From Octopus sinensis (lineage: Eukaryota): a DNA stretch of 64,000 bases. Below, in pieces: positions 40,675-55,005 of the stretch (position 1 is its first letter; each line of letters starts with the position of its first letter). Under the pieces are notes generated by a model. It did no database searches. It was not told the origin of the DNA and saw only the letters and a program-made list of their open reading frames with translations. The DNA lies in the NCBI RefSeq assembly GCF_006345805.1, contig NC_043012.1:30814001-30878000 (forward strand). The letters run 5' to 3'. The position numbers and the translations under genes were made by a program.

Positions 40675-42460
40675 GAGAAGTGAAATACTAAATGAGCAAT
40701 TCAAAAGTGCTTTCACTCCACCCCTACGACACTTGCAAGTCAGCAATCCAGCTGACTTTTTCGCCACCACAGATATAAAAGCAGAGGCAGTGATAATTGA
40801 TTACATCAATATAAATGAAGGGCTATAGACGAGATGAACCCGCTGGCTCTGACGGATTCCCAGCAATCCTTCTAAAATCATTTGAGTACTAGCAAGACCA
40901 CTGCAGTCTCTCTTCCAGAGCTACCTTGCAAATGGAAAACTTTTAAGCAAGCTGAAGGAGGATAAAATATACTCCATCCGTAAAGGAGGTCGTAGATCAG
41001 AGACCAAAACCTACTGACCTATTTCTCTGACCTCGCACATCAGCAAAGTCATGGAACCAATTGTCAGAAGAAATCTAATCACCTTCCTTCAGGAATATGA
41101 CTTGCTGCCTGACACCCAACCTAGTTTCCGACCAGAGAGAAGCTGCCCGACTCATCTCTTACAACACTATAACTGGGTGTTGAAACAGCTGCCCAACCAC
41201 TGAAATCTGGATGTGATATATCTCGACTTTGCAAAGGGTTTCGAATAAAGTTGATCATCGAATGATATGTGACAAACTGCGTGATCTCGGTATAGTCGGA
41301 ACATTGGGAGAAACGCTGCATGACTTTCTGAAAGACAGAAGCCAAGCAGTAGTTGTCAATGGGGCCGCCTCTAATGACACGCAAATAGTGAGTGGTGTTC
41401 CGAGAGGCACCGTCCTGGGACCACCACTCCCATAAAAGCTCCCTCAGATATGCCCTCAGCCACACAGAGAGCCACGATCACAAGTTATGCATATGATACG
41501 TAAGTCTTACTGGTGATACAGAACCCTGAAGATGCTATGCACTTGCTACGTGACTTAGTTGAAATATACAAGTGGGACAAGAAGAATAGCATGCAGTTTA
41601 ATGCTGAAAAGTTTCAAGCCCTATTCTCTCAGCATGCAAAACTAAATGCAATACCAATTAAATACACTAGACCTGGAGGGATTGCAATTCCAGAGACAGT
41701 CAGTGCGAGACCTGGGCATTTACATGAGCAATGATGGATCCTTCCATGTACATGTTGCTAAGTTGGCAATGAAATGCAGGCGTCTGACCGGATAGATTCT
41801 TAGAACTTATAAAACGAGAGATCAGGAAACCATGAATGGTTCTCTGAAGGACATTTATCCTAAGCTGCTTTGACTGTTCCCAGCTATGGTCACCAACCAG
41901 TGTAAAGTTAATTGCATTCCAACGAAACTGCACGAAAAAGATAGCCTCTATGCAGTACACAAGCTACTGGATAACACCCAAGAGACTGAGACTCTATTCC
42001 CTGGAGCGCAGGCGGGTAACATACACTGTTATATATATCTGGAAGATCCTGGAGGGACTTATCCCAAACTTTGGCATTGAGGCTTACACTGACGCTTGAA
42101 CAGGGCACCACTGTATTGTGCCAAAGACTCCAAATTTGCCATAAAAATACAGGACAGGTTATTATAATATCCTAGGATTTGAAGGCCTACAACTTTTTAA
42201 TATCCCCCTGAAGGGCCCCAGAAACTTACATGGGGTGGATGTAGAGTTCTTCAGAACAAAACTAATCTCTTACTGTCAAGGGACCCAGATGAACAAACTT
42301 CACTCCAGGGAGTACAAATAAGGGCAGCGGCATCAAACTCCCTCATGTACCAAATGTCAAGTTCTATAAAGAATTGGTGAAGTAAAAATTATAATTATGT
42401 AGCAACATCAAATGGTGGTGCCCCTGCATGGCCACAACTCGTGAGCTGAACCTAGTTCAG
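40675..42460 (+). mobile_element. CR1/Jockey-group LINE RT, decayed
   Basis: PISLTSHISKVME, IYLDFAKG, KVDH, SGVPRGTVLGP and YAYDT (YADD-like), with many stops and frameshifts. Confidence 0.85.
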
Positions 42461-42556
42461 TTCAATTCAATACATACACACACACACATATATATATATA
42501 TTACCTGACTGGTAATGCCTTCCCTGCATAATAGACAAATTGCACTTCGTATTCGA

Positions 42557-42637
42557 GGCCTCGATGAAGCTAGAAGATGTTATTCAGGCAGTCAACTATG
42601 AGTCCGCTGCATTTTACAGCGGAAACAGCTGTAAGCC
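42557..42637 (+). ncRNA. Degenerate hammerhead-like motif in a short (TA)n-flanked cassette (~42500-42680)
   Basis: GGCC-TCGATGA-A-GCT...AGC-G-GAAA-CAGCTG-TA-AGCC; palindromic stem III, altered first box. Confidence 0.4.
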
Positions 42638-43089
42638 AATGAATTTCATAACATAGCCATTAATTCCTGTGTCATCTATTCATATATATATATATATATA
42701 TATAATATATATATATATTATATATATATATATATATATTATATATACCATCACACACACACACACACACACACATACACATATATATATATTTACATAC
42801 ATACTCACATATACCCACACAAACACGCATATACAACACGCATATTTACGTACATATATTTACAAAAAACTCATATACACACACACACACACACAAACAC
42901 ATACTCATACACATATGTTTGATAAAAATATTGGCATGAAACTCAAAGCAATTGAATCGCCGCCTTAAACAATAAATAAAATGATGTATGTATGCAAACA
43001 CACACATATACATACATACATACATATATACATACATATACATACACGTATCATATACATATATTTGTATCCGAGTGCGTACGTCTCGT

Positions 43090-43161
<72 letters not shown>

Positions 43162-43685
43162 CACCTGTGTGTGTGTGTGTTCAGACATAGATATGCAAGG
43201 AGTTAAGCTCGTCTTCTATTATACAAGTGCGCATGCACTCACGTACAGATCGGGGGTGTGTCTCTACATACAATTATAATAAATAATGATATTATAATAA
43301 ATAATCATAGATTACGTAAATATACATATGTAATGATGCAGGATATTTCAATATTTGTCAGTGCATCGGTTCGTGTGTTTATATAACACTCGTATATGTA
43401 CATGTATCCGTGTGCTCCCACCACTGTATTTATGTATATCTATCTCGGTGTGGTTGTACGTACAAATGTGTTTGTGTACATACGTGTCTATGTGTATGTG
43501 TATTTATATATGTGTGTATCTGTGTGTATGTATGTGTGGGGGCATCTGTATGTTAGTGTGTATGTTTATATTTATTTCTGAGGTAAACATTCTCTAGACA
43601 ATGTCAATATACACACAAGGTCTTGTTTGTCATTCTATACTCCAAACAAACAGCTTGATTTGTGATCAGGAAGTCCTTTTTGCAG

Positions 43686-43723
<38 letters not shown>

Positions 43724-43799
43724 AACACACGCATTATTCGACGGCATGTATACATGCATAAATATAATCATGTTATATATATATATATATATATAATAT

Positions 43800-43875
<76 letters not shown>

Positions 43876-44046
43876 GTAATAATGCCTCTGTATAGAACCA
43901 AATTCTTCACAGTTGAATCATATTCACCAATGGCGTGTTTCTCTTGGAGTTTTGCCTCTTACCAAAACTATTTAATCTTCATGGATATATATGTAAATAT
44001 ATATAAAACATATATATATATATATATATGCATGCACACACAAATG

Positions 44047-44087
<41 letters not shown>

Positions 44088-44342
44088 ACATATGCTATAT
44101 ATCATACGCTTATATCGTTTGCTTTAACTGGGGAGAGAAAAGCACTCAATACCACAATAGAGCGTAGAGCGTATTTAGCCGGGTGCAAGCAGGCTGTTAC
44201 TTTGGTGTTTCCCCCGACGTGTGGTCGTTTTATCAGGTAGCAAAATATATATTTTCTTTTCCGTCTTTAAAAGCCATAGTATCTCGCTCTCGCTGATAGC
44301 ACCAGACTATCAGGCTACTGGATCAACCTACTTATATATATG

Positions 44343-44374
<32 letters not shown>

Positions 44375-44559
44375 TGTATGTATGTATGTATGTATGTATG
44401 TATGTATGTGTGCATGTATGTATGTATGTATGTATGTATGTATGTATGTATGTATGTATGCATGTATGCATGTATGTATGTATGTATGTGTGTGTGTGTA
44501 TATATGTATGTATGTATACTTTCAGCACGCCGGACATGTATGTATACTTTCAGCACACC

Positions 44560-47215
44560 CGACCATGCAACAGGTTGTACTGGGTTGCATGTTACCAGTA
44601 GCACTCGAAGGTGACCTGACATTTTGTGCACAAAGGTGATCACACAACAACATGGATGCATTCAAGGTCCAAAGTTTGGCACTTGCTGGATTACGTCATC
44701 ATCCGCAAGCGCGACATTTATGACATTTGTAATGTCAAGTCCTTGCATGGATCAGAATGCTGGACAGACCACAGTCTGGTGCGAGCAAAGTTCCGAATGG
44801 TGATTAGGGCGAAAGAGAGAAGAGGACCAGTCAGCATTCCTCGCCGTCTAAATGTCCACAAGGTATATGACGTTGTGGTTAGGAAAGAGCTTCAGACTCG
44901 CTTGTCCAGCATTGAAACTGCTGGGGTATGTTACTGCCAGACACAGCGACTGGTTTGATGAGAATGATGCTGAAATTCAACGACTATTAGTGGTGAAGCG
45001 TTATGCCCACAGTGTGTTGCTGCACAGAGAACTGTCTACTGTGCAGCGAAGTCTAGCACTTGCCCACTATAACAGTGTAAAATCACTACTGCAGCGATCT
45101 CTTAGGAAGATGCAGAACACTTGGTGGGAGGATCTTGCTCGTGATGTTCAGGCTGCTGCTGATGCAAATGACAGCAAGAAGCTTTACCGTCTTATGAAGC
45201 GAGCTTTTGGACCTAAGAGCTCCACATCAGCTCCTTTGCTTTCCAAGGAGTCTTCCACTCTGTTTACTAAATCAACAGATATCACAGATCGCTGGATCGA
45301 ACACTTCTCCTAACTCCTAAACTATGAGTCAGTTGTGGATGAAACTGATTGATACTATGAAACAAAGACCTATCATTGACTCCTTAGACTCCTTGCCATC
45401 AATACATGAAGTGATGACATCAATAAGTAAATTGAATCTTGGTAGGGCACCTGGAAAGGATGGAATTTGTGCTGAGGTCTTGCGATTTGGTGGTAATTGC
45501 ATCACACAGTCCCTTCATGAACTTATTAGTGCAGTCTGGAGGGATGGCGCATCCCTAAGGACTGGAAGGATGCAATTATTCTTCCTCTATATAAAGGAAA
45601 AGGAGCCAGAACAATGTATGGTAACTACAGAGGTATTGCTCTACTATCAGCTGATGGCAAGGATCTGGCAAATATTCTTCTTACCCGTCTGAATGGGTGT
45701 CTCGTAAATGATGTCCTATCTAAATCTCAATGTGGCTTCCGATCTGGTAGAGGGACAATGGATATTATTTTCACAGCAAGACAGATGCAGGAGAAGTGCT
45801 ATGAGCAGAATATGGATCTTGTCCAGGTATTAATTGATTTGACCAAGGCCTTTGATACTGTAAATAGGGTCTTTCTATGGAAAATACTTGGCAAACTTGG
45901 ATGTCCGGATCACTTTGTATCTATAATTAAATCATTTCATGATGGGATGGAGCCTTGGGTCAATGCTGGTGGTGCCATGGCGGGACCCATTCCTGTAGAG
46001 AATGGTGTCAAGCAGGGTGACATCCTTGCCCCAACTCTCTTTTCTTTGTACTTTGCTGCTGTTTTTACTCATGCTTTTGCTAAGGTTAACCCTCTGAGAA
46101 TATATGTCAGATATCGATCTTCTGGCTGCCTCTTTAATCTTCGCCGATTTGCTGCCAATTCAAAGGTATCCCAATCTATTATTCGTGACCTCCTTTATGC
46201 AGATAACTGTGACTTAGTCACTCATACAGTGGATGACATGCAAATACTCATGAATTGCATTTCTGCTTTTTGCAGGGCATTTGGACTCAGCATTAGCCTG
46301 GACAAGACTGTTGTAATCTTCCAGCCTGCACCAGGAAATCCATATATAGAACCAGCTATCTTGGTTGAAGGAACAATTCTGAAGGTAGTAGACAAGTTTG
46401 TCTACCTGGGCAGGACACTCAGCCGTTCTTGCTCCCTGGATGAGGAAATATCTTTCAGGTTGCAGAGAGCAACTAATTCATTCCGGTCTCTTCAGTCTCG
46501 TGTCTGGTCCCAACATGGCATCGCAAGGAGAACAAAAGTTGCTGTGTACCGTGCTTGTGTACTGACATCGCTTCTCTATTCATGTGAGACATGGACTCTG
46601 TACAAACGTCAGGTAAGGGTCCTTGAATGTTTTCATCAGAGATGTCTCAGACACATTCTCAATGTTGGCTGAACCTCAAAAATTCCAGACACACAGATCC
46701 TGAGGACAGCTGATATCTTGAGTATTGAGGCGATGGTACACAAGCACCGGTTGCGTTGGACTGGACACCTTATTAGAATGGAGGATAGAAGGATTCCTAA
46801 ACAGATGCTCTATGGAGAACTTGTGAATGGAAGGAGACTCCGGCAGAAACCAAGGCTGCGATTTAAAGACTGTGTCAAGTCCTCGTTAAAGGCCTTTGAT
46901 ATGCAGGACACTGACTGGGAGAACAATGCCTGTCATCGCCACAGATGGAGGAAGCAGGTTAAGGAGAGGATCGACACTTTTGAGAGAGCACGTATCCAGC
47001 ATGAAAAACTTAAGCGAGCTGCGCGAAAGCGCACGGCTCGTATAGTGAATGGGGAAAGCTTGGTCTGCAATGTTTGCAGTCGTGAATGCTTGTCAAGAGC
47101 AGGGCTCATTAGCCACCAACGGAGCCGCAAATGCAAAATATAAGTTAGTCCTAGAGCGCACAATGTTCCTGAAGGTCGGCAATGGTCTTCCTCGGTCACG
47201 AGTGGACGGCCATCA
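44560..47215 (+). mobile_element. RTE-clade LINE, 5'-truncated and pseudogenised (APE C-terminus, RT, C2H2 tail)
   Basis: TTWMHSRSKVWHLLDY, CWTDH, NYRGIALL, QCGFRSGRGT, IDLTKAFD, GVKQGDILAPTLF, LLYADN, RLRWTGH and C..C...GLISHQRS across ORFs 44626-47143. Confidence 0.95.
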
Positions 47216-47420
47216 TGTATATCAGTTCACCTCTCACCCAACAATATCCGTATCTGTATTAGAAAAATTATAATCTGTTTTAAATAAAATATCTATTCAG
47301 AATCCACTTATTTTTGAAGAAATTAGCGACTGTTTCCTGGGCAACGCTAGATATCTTGAAGGCCTATATATCAATATGCTTGATATGTATGTATGAATGT
47401 ATCTATGTTTAGCTCTTTAA

Positions 47421-48230
47421 TACCTTGGCAAAAAAATGAAAATATCTTGAAATATCTGAAGCATTTATATGAAATACTAAAGAGTAAATTTATTCAATAA
47501 AATCGCCATTGTCTTCAACCGCGGCCTCCAGACGACTTCGGAATCTCCTGCAAATCTTCTTGATGCTCTCCTTGTTTAAGTTGGTGAATGCTGCCATAAT
47601 CCTTGCCTTCAGTTCCTCTTTGGTGTTACGAGGAGTTTTGTTGGTCCCTCGCCCAACTGCGTCCCACATAATAATCAAGGGGGCTGCGACCTAGGGAGTC
47701 AGGTGGCCAGATGTTAGGGTTGATGTGGTTGCAAAAATTCTGACAGCCATGATTGGGTTGTCCTGCTTGTGTGGCATGGTGCTGAGTTTTGTTGCCGGAC
47801 ATAGGGTCTTCCAGCAGCCACCCTCTTCGTCCAGGGCAGCACCACCTCCATCAAGCACTTGATGTAGGCCTCCATATTGTGTCTGAAGCCGTGTGGGAAG
47901 ATGAATAGAGGCATAACATCGTCATCATTATTGATCACTCCAAACACCATGATGTTAACTGGATGTTTGATTTTTATCACTCGGTACATGTCCTCAGATT
48001 GACACCCAAACACTCTGAAATGTTCGTATTGGGGCTTCCGGGGCGAATGCCAAGCACTACAGCATGTAGTTTCCAAATTTTTGTCAGAGTGAATTGTGTA
48101 GTAGTGCTGTTTTCTCACAGAGGGTACCCAACCGACCCTACTATTCTGTGTAGTTAACAAAATGAAAACAACCAATGAGCATGCGTCATATTAAAATATA
48201 AAATGGTGACAATTTATTAATCACACCCTG
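47421..48230 (-). mobile_element. Tc1/mariner (maT-like) transposon, internally deleted
   Basis: MVFGVI, GRPYVRQQNSAPCHTS and ELKARIMAAF...FRSRLEAAVEDNGDFIE; right end CACCCTG-TA. Confidence 0.8.
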
Positions 48231-48248
48231 TATGTCACTATGTATATG

Positions 48249-48322
<74 letters not shown>

Positions 48323-48970
48323 TATATATATGTGTGTGTGTGAGTGTGTGTTTGTGTGTGTGTGTGTGCATGTGTGTTTGTAAGCATTTAAATATGTATG
48401 TAGTTATGTATATGTGTGTACATATATGCCTATGCTTGTGTGTGTGTATGAGTGTGTGTGTTTGTGCGCGCGTATATTGATTCAGGCAGCAGATTTTATG
48501 AGATTCGTTTATTTTTAATAACTGAAACATCTGACGTATTTATTGCAGTGCATTGTTCTTGAGTTTGCTGTATTTGTTTATTTGAATTCTCAATGAAAAT
48601 AGACGATTAATGATGGAGGCGAAAGATATATCACGTCACATTTCTAAACTAAACACCTACGAAACATTCAATAACCACAACACAAACAAACATTTCCTCG
48701 ATGACGCTGAAATCTATCGTTGCAAAACAAAATTCAAATTATTGTGGTTATGTGAACGCCCTACCCAAAATGAAATGGTTGCAACAACAGCAACATCAAC
48801 ATTGCTTCTACAAGATGCAGAAAATGAGTCTGAAATGGTCGAGAAAGGCTGATGGTAGATTTTGGAAGTTTTGTATCAAAACAAACTGTTAGGAAATCAA
48901 ACGAAAATGTGTAAATTGATATAAAAGAACCATACAGCACATTCACATACACACACTCATATAGGTACAT

Positions 48971-49016
<46 letters not shown>

Positions 49017-49297
49017 TATAATGTACGTATATATGCATATCTACGACGAACAGCTCAGAGTTTCTGTCTGCCAAATTCAATCGCAAAGCCTCGGTTAGTC
49101 CGGAATCATAGTATTGCAAATTGCGCAAGGTGACGCACACTACAATTAAAGCCAAAATCACGTGTTTGCTAAGCGAAAGTTTTAAGCATGCAGCCACGGC
49201 TGCGCTAATGTGAGTGTTTATATATATATATGTAAATATGTACATACATACATAAATACATACATATCTTAGATTCATACATACATACATACATACA

Positions 49298-49328
<31 letters not shown>

Positions 49329-49560
49329 CTTAGATTATTTTTATACCGATTATGTTAAATTTGCAATTTAAGTATCGTGTTTTGAGAATGGTGTCTCAGA
49401 GTAATTAATCTCAATGATTTATTCTTTTTTTAAATATACTATCTCCACCCACCCTACACACATACAATATATCACGTATAACTAATGATTATACAATTAA
49501 TATAATCACATATAATTAATGGTAATGTCATGTGTATTCGGCAAATGCAGTAAAGCTTTT

Positions 49561-49603
49561 GCTTTACTGAGGAGGTCTAATAAGACGGAAACATATTCGA
49601 AGC
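49561..49603 (+). ncRNA. Degenerate minimal hammerhead motif
   Basis: GCTTTA-CTGAGGA-G-GTCT-AATA-AGAC-G-GAAA-CATAT-TC-GAAGC. Confidence 0.55.
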
Positions 49604-50529
49604 TTTCTCCCGAATTTTGCTAAAATGATTCTCATTCAAGCTACAATATTCACTGAGTTAATACTTCAATTTCCTTATCGGTTGATTATTTCTAATTTCA
49701 TTATTTTATATTCACAACATATTACATTTGTTAACACTAATTCAATTTCTTTCTCTCTTCCGACAAGAAACCATTTTTAATTACCTGATTGTCTACTGCT
49801 TCACTCATGTCAGAACAGATATGTTATTCTCTCTTTAACACAATCATGACTACAGCAGCAACAACAGCAACAAAAGCGACATCAACACTATAGAACGATA
49901 TTAGCCTATGAGTAAGCCTTTAGTCAATCGTTCAGCCAGCATGAAATAGTGGCTTGATCTCCCTCAAATCACACCTTATCTACAGTCATTTAGCATGAAA
50001 AAAAAATGTATGTATGAAAAGGCGAAGCGGCCATGGGCGGAATGCTTCTGATTACAACTCTACGGTTGAGTACCGACTTCAGACTAAACAATTGCAACAA
50101 CAAAGTAGAATGCGATCGGAGTTGGAGGAGGAGAGCAATTAAAATGTCAGTAATGAGAACGAGCGCAACGGATTTAGGAACAGAACGAACGAGTACAACA
50201 ACAATATTTCATTACTAAATCAACGAGAGCTCTAAAGGCAACAACCTCAACAACAGCATTAACAACATTAATGGTATCAGCAAAAACTAATAAAATATTA
50301 CAAGAACGAGATAAACAACAACAACAACAAGAACAACAGAAACGACAACAGTGTGAAACATGAAAAGCCACAACAAACATGTTTAGGAGTCTTGGAAAGA
50401 TTTAGGTTTGTTTATTTGGAAAGATTCTCGGCTGGGTTTTTGTTTTTACCATTTGTTTATATTTTGTTGGTTTTTGTTTTACTTATTTGCAGACATAAAT
50501 GGCGGAACTTCTGATTTAATTGTAAACAT

Positions 50530-50584
<55 letters not shown>

Positions 50585-50634
50585 TGTAGCACATTCCATT
50601 AAACTTTGTATGGGCAGTATATAACACACACACA

Positions 50635-50673
<39 letters not shown>

Positions 50674-50799
50674 TTATTTATTCTTTTTATTTTGTTCTGT
50701 TTCAGTCATTTTGATGGGGCCATGCTGGAGCACCGCCTTTAGTCGAACAAATCGACCCCGGGACTTATTCTTTGTAAACCCAATACTTACACTGATAAC

Positions 50800-51212
50800 T
50801 CACGGATGGTGATTCGACGATTTCCCCTCACAAATGCACGAACATTTACAATGTTTTACTCAGTTCTACTGGTTTTGGGTGTCCCATAACGTTCGACCAT
50901 TTTGGAAACGTCTGAACGACTCGTACACTTGTGTGCAGCTCCCATACTCCTCTCCATACACTTTCTGCAACCTTGCACAAGCCTCTGAGCAGTTATCGCC
51001 ATGACAACTCTCTCTCATGGTCAATACGACAATCACACGCTACACACGTTCCTTTCAAGCATTGTTGTAAACCGTGGAAGTGAGCTAGAATGTTAAAAGT
51101 AAGTGTGCCTGCACAGCAGAGTTGAAGGTCAGTCTCTGTCAAGCGGCTTCGCTCTGCATGCTTTAGCTTCGTTACTATGGCAACAATGCGGATACTTATT
51201 GATCAGACCTCG
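50800..51212 (-). mobile_element. Mariner 5' fragment (TIR plus HTH region)
   Basis: Minus strand starts TA-CGAGGTCTGATCAATAAGTATCC (mariner-type TIR), followed by a decayed N-terminal transposase segment. Confidence 0.55.
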
Positions 51213-51788
51213 TATATCTATAACACATTAAAAGTCAGTTTCAGTCTTGCTTGCTTGCAATGTTACCCAGCCAAACTGGCACATTATGGGAAAGTGCTAT
51301 GAATTAAGTTTACCTTGAAATGTTAATACGAATGAAATGAAACAGGCTTCGCGTAAATTGGAGCAGTCGTTATTGGGATGTTCAGGGTTTGAGTGTATAA
51401 ATACCAAAAACGGCGCATAATGGGAAAATGTTCTGAATATAACTTCATCCTGTAAGGGGAAAAAAACTCTAACCTTTCGATTAGACAGGGATTTGACAAC
51501 AAAAAAATACGATTTGTTTTTTTTACAGTAAATATATATACATACAACCTCCGACAGAGTAACGGTCATATATACAACTTGAACAGACACACATATCAGT
51601 ACATAACATACGTTTACATATACATAAACGTATACACTCACGCAGACACTTCTGAACACATATGTAAATACTCACATACATACATACATACATACATACA
51701 TACATACATACATACATACATACATACATACATGCATGCATGCATGCATGCATGCATACATACATACATACATACATACATACATACA

Positions 51789-52378
51789 TACTGGTGGAAT
51801 GTACCAATGAAGACCTCAATAAAATATAAGCACAACCGACCTGATATAATGATTTGGGATAGAGAAAAGAAACTGCGCACAGTTGTGGAAATTTGCTGCT
51901 CATCGGGTGTCAACATAAAGGTGAAGATCAGTGAAAAAGAGAACACCTACGCTGAACTATTGAGACATCTGCAGTTACTCTATCCAGATTACAAGTTCAG
52001 ATGTATACCTGTAATTATTGGGACCCTGGGATATGTAACACACTGCCTAAATACCAATCTTGAGAAATTAGGCTTCTCAAAACCAGAAAATAGAAATCCA
52101 ATTCGAAGACTACAGATCCAATCCATCACTGGAACTGTAATGATCTGTAAAACTTTCCAGAAGTTTATCATTTAAATATACATGAGCATGTCTAGATATG
52201 CAACTATATGCATGAGAAGACATACATAAAATAAAACATATAAATCTGCACATATACATACATACATACAAAAATATCCTCTTGTTGATGTTGAAATTCC
52301 AATGAAGGAGCCTTGGACCTTGGTTAAAAACCAGTTCTTTCTCTATTGGAAAGAAGTCTTGAAATAAACTGAATAATG
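51789..52378 (+). mobile_element. R4-like RLE LINE 3' end embedded in (CATA)n
   Basis: Uninterrupted WWN..KHNRPDIMIWD..VVEI..EKENTYAEL..IPVIIGTLG to the stop at 52175; (CATA)n on both sides. Confidence 0.85.
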
Positions 52379-52627
52379 ACATACATACATACATACATAC
52401 ATACGTACATGTATACATACATACACACATACATACATGCGTACATACATGAATACCCATGTACACATATGCATACGTACATGCTTACATGCACACATAC
52501 ATACATACATACATACATACATACATACATACATAAACACACATATATATCATGAACTTTGTAACCACGTTGTAAAGTTTTTCCCTAGGTTTCTTTCGAG
52601 TGCATTCAACGTTATCTCACCTCCAAC

Positions 52628-52740
52628 GATTTGGCTGCTATTTCTAGCACGCCCTGCTACCATGTAACAGCTACTTGCGATGAAGGACCCGACATACCTG
52701 TTATGTTGTAGCAGGGCGTGCAAGAAATAGCAGCCAAATC
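52628..52740. repeat. Fold-back / MITE-like inverted repeat
   Basis: GATTTGGCTGCTATTTCTAGCACGCCCTGCTAC pairs with GTAGCAGGGCGTGCAAGAAATAGCAGCCAAATC. Confidence 0.75.
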
Positions 52741-53234
52741 TTTCCCTTTCTAGGGGAAGGAGCCGTTTACACTCTACCACCATCTGCTATCAGCTGCAGA
52801 TATCAGCGACGTCGTTACACTTTCACTCCGACCCCCCGTATTTCCTCGCAACATCGATGCAGTTTTGTCCCACATAATAAATGGTTTTCTCTCCGTCGCT
52901 GCCCCCGCCGCCACCCGTGCTATCACACTCTTTTAGCAGAAGGTAACCGTAACCATTCCGGTCATGCAGGAAATGCTGAAATATTTTCTCTCACTACTAT
53001 TTCTCTGAAATTCCTGGAAACCACGGCCTTGTTATTTTTCCCAAACACACAAATACACTTTCTCTCTCTCTTTATCAACCTCCATGATAATCTTGGTCAG
53101 TATTTACACTGGATCATACGCAGTCAGTTTGGACTTCCACAAGAGAAGGGCTGGTGGCAACATAAGCGTGCTAGCGTAGTAGAAAATAAAGGCGCCGCGG
53201 TCCCCTCGGTCTTTAATATTGAAACTGATTGAGT

Positions 53235-53520
53235 TATTCAGGCCAATAGCCCAGATATTGTGGTAGAAAATCACATTGATAAAACACGTTTGCCCATAGA
53301 TATATCAATCCCATTAGACTGTAGTATCTTCGAAAATTTAATAAAATGCAAGAAACTTGAGATAGAAGTCTGAAAAATGTATGAGTGATCATTGGAGATT
53401 TGGCAATAATAAAATGTAGCATTCTTAGGACCAAATACCGGGAAACTTAAAAGTATCTGAACTGCCAAAATCCTTCCCATGGGTATACCCTACATCCAAA
53501 GAAAAACATTGTCAACCAGA
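53235..53520 (+). mobile_element. R4/Dong-type RLE fragment, decayed
   Basis: ANSPDIVVEN..IDISIPLD..KCKKLEIEV in translation. Confidence 0.55.
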
Positions 53521-54057
53521 AAATTACAGATTCTCGTAAAACTCTTTCAAAGCTGAAAAATAACAAATTTAACAGATTCTTTAGTTTTTAGATTCCGATC
53601 TCCTTTCCCTAGAATTTATCATTGTCAGTCATCCGTAGTGAAATGTTGGACTTACTCTAACTTGAGGTGTCTGGGCGGGATTTCGATCAACTCGTATAGA
53701 ACAAAGTAACAACAGCCACGAAAATAATAACAACACGACGAGGGTAAAGCTGACACGCCCAGGCTACAACTCAGAATGTTAAGAATGAGTAATAAAAAGC
53801 TTAAGACAATTTGTTCGCCACACCAACACACCACGCCACCACATTAATATTAAAAAATTTACTGCAAAATATTTAAGCAGTGGAGCAATAAAAGTTTTTA
53901 ACGGTGATTGGCAGTTTGGCAACAAATATCTACACACCTAGAGCTTGTCAAAATAACTCAGTTATATATTTCATCATTTTTGTATTGTATAAATCATAAC
54001 TGTATATTCATAGATATTTTGTATAAGCATAACCTATTACATGTATCTATACATACA

Positions 54058-54125
<68 letters not shown>

Positions 54126-54439
54126 CACACAGACATATATATATATCCACAAATATATATATATACATATATATATACACATATATATTCACATACATAT
54201 ATATATATACATATATATATATATATGCACATATATATTTACATACATATATATATATACATATATATATATGTACACACATATATATACACACACACAT
54301 ATATGCACATACATATATATATACTCACATACATATATATACACATACATATATGTACATACATATATATACACATATATATACATACATATATATGCAT
54401 ATATATATATATATATATACATATTACGTTTATATATTT

Positions 54440-54878
54440 GTTGTGCAATATTTTTTATGTGTAGTCCTGTGTTGAAACAGACATTGTTGTATTTCGGAAT
54501 GGTCATTTTGCCAGCTTAGCCAATAAAAACACACGCACTATATATTTGGTGTTACTTTGCTTCAGTATTTTTTATTTATTTTTTACATTAATCTTAATCT
54601 TATTTCGGCCAGAGTTCTTTCGTCACACTCCTGTGACCGCATCAGTGGTCCTTTGCTTTCTTTTTTCTTATTTGTGTCTCTCCTTACTAACCGTCAGCCA
54701 TTTTGTATTTCTATTGTATGTGTCTTCATTTGCGCATGTGTATATCTCAATGTGCGTCTATGTTTAGTTAGTGTGTATGTGTGTGGAGGGGAATGCCTGT
54801 AATATTTGTATCTTCTGTTTATATATGTTCGTGTAATTTGTTTTTGCTTTTTTTTATTTTGTTCATATTTACATCCAC

Positions 54879-54921
<43 letters not shown>

Positions 54922-54962
54922 GTATGCTTGTATGTATGTATGTATGTATAACAAGAATACTT

Positions 54963-55005
<43 letters not shown>

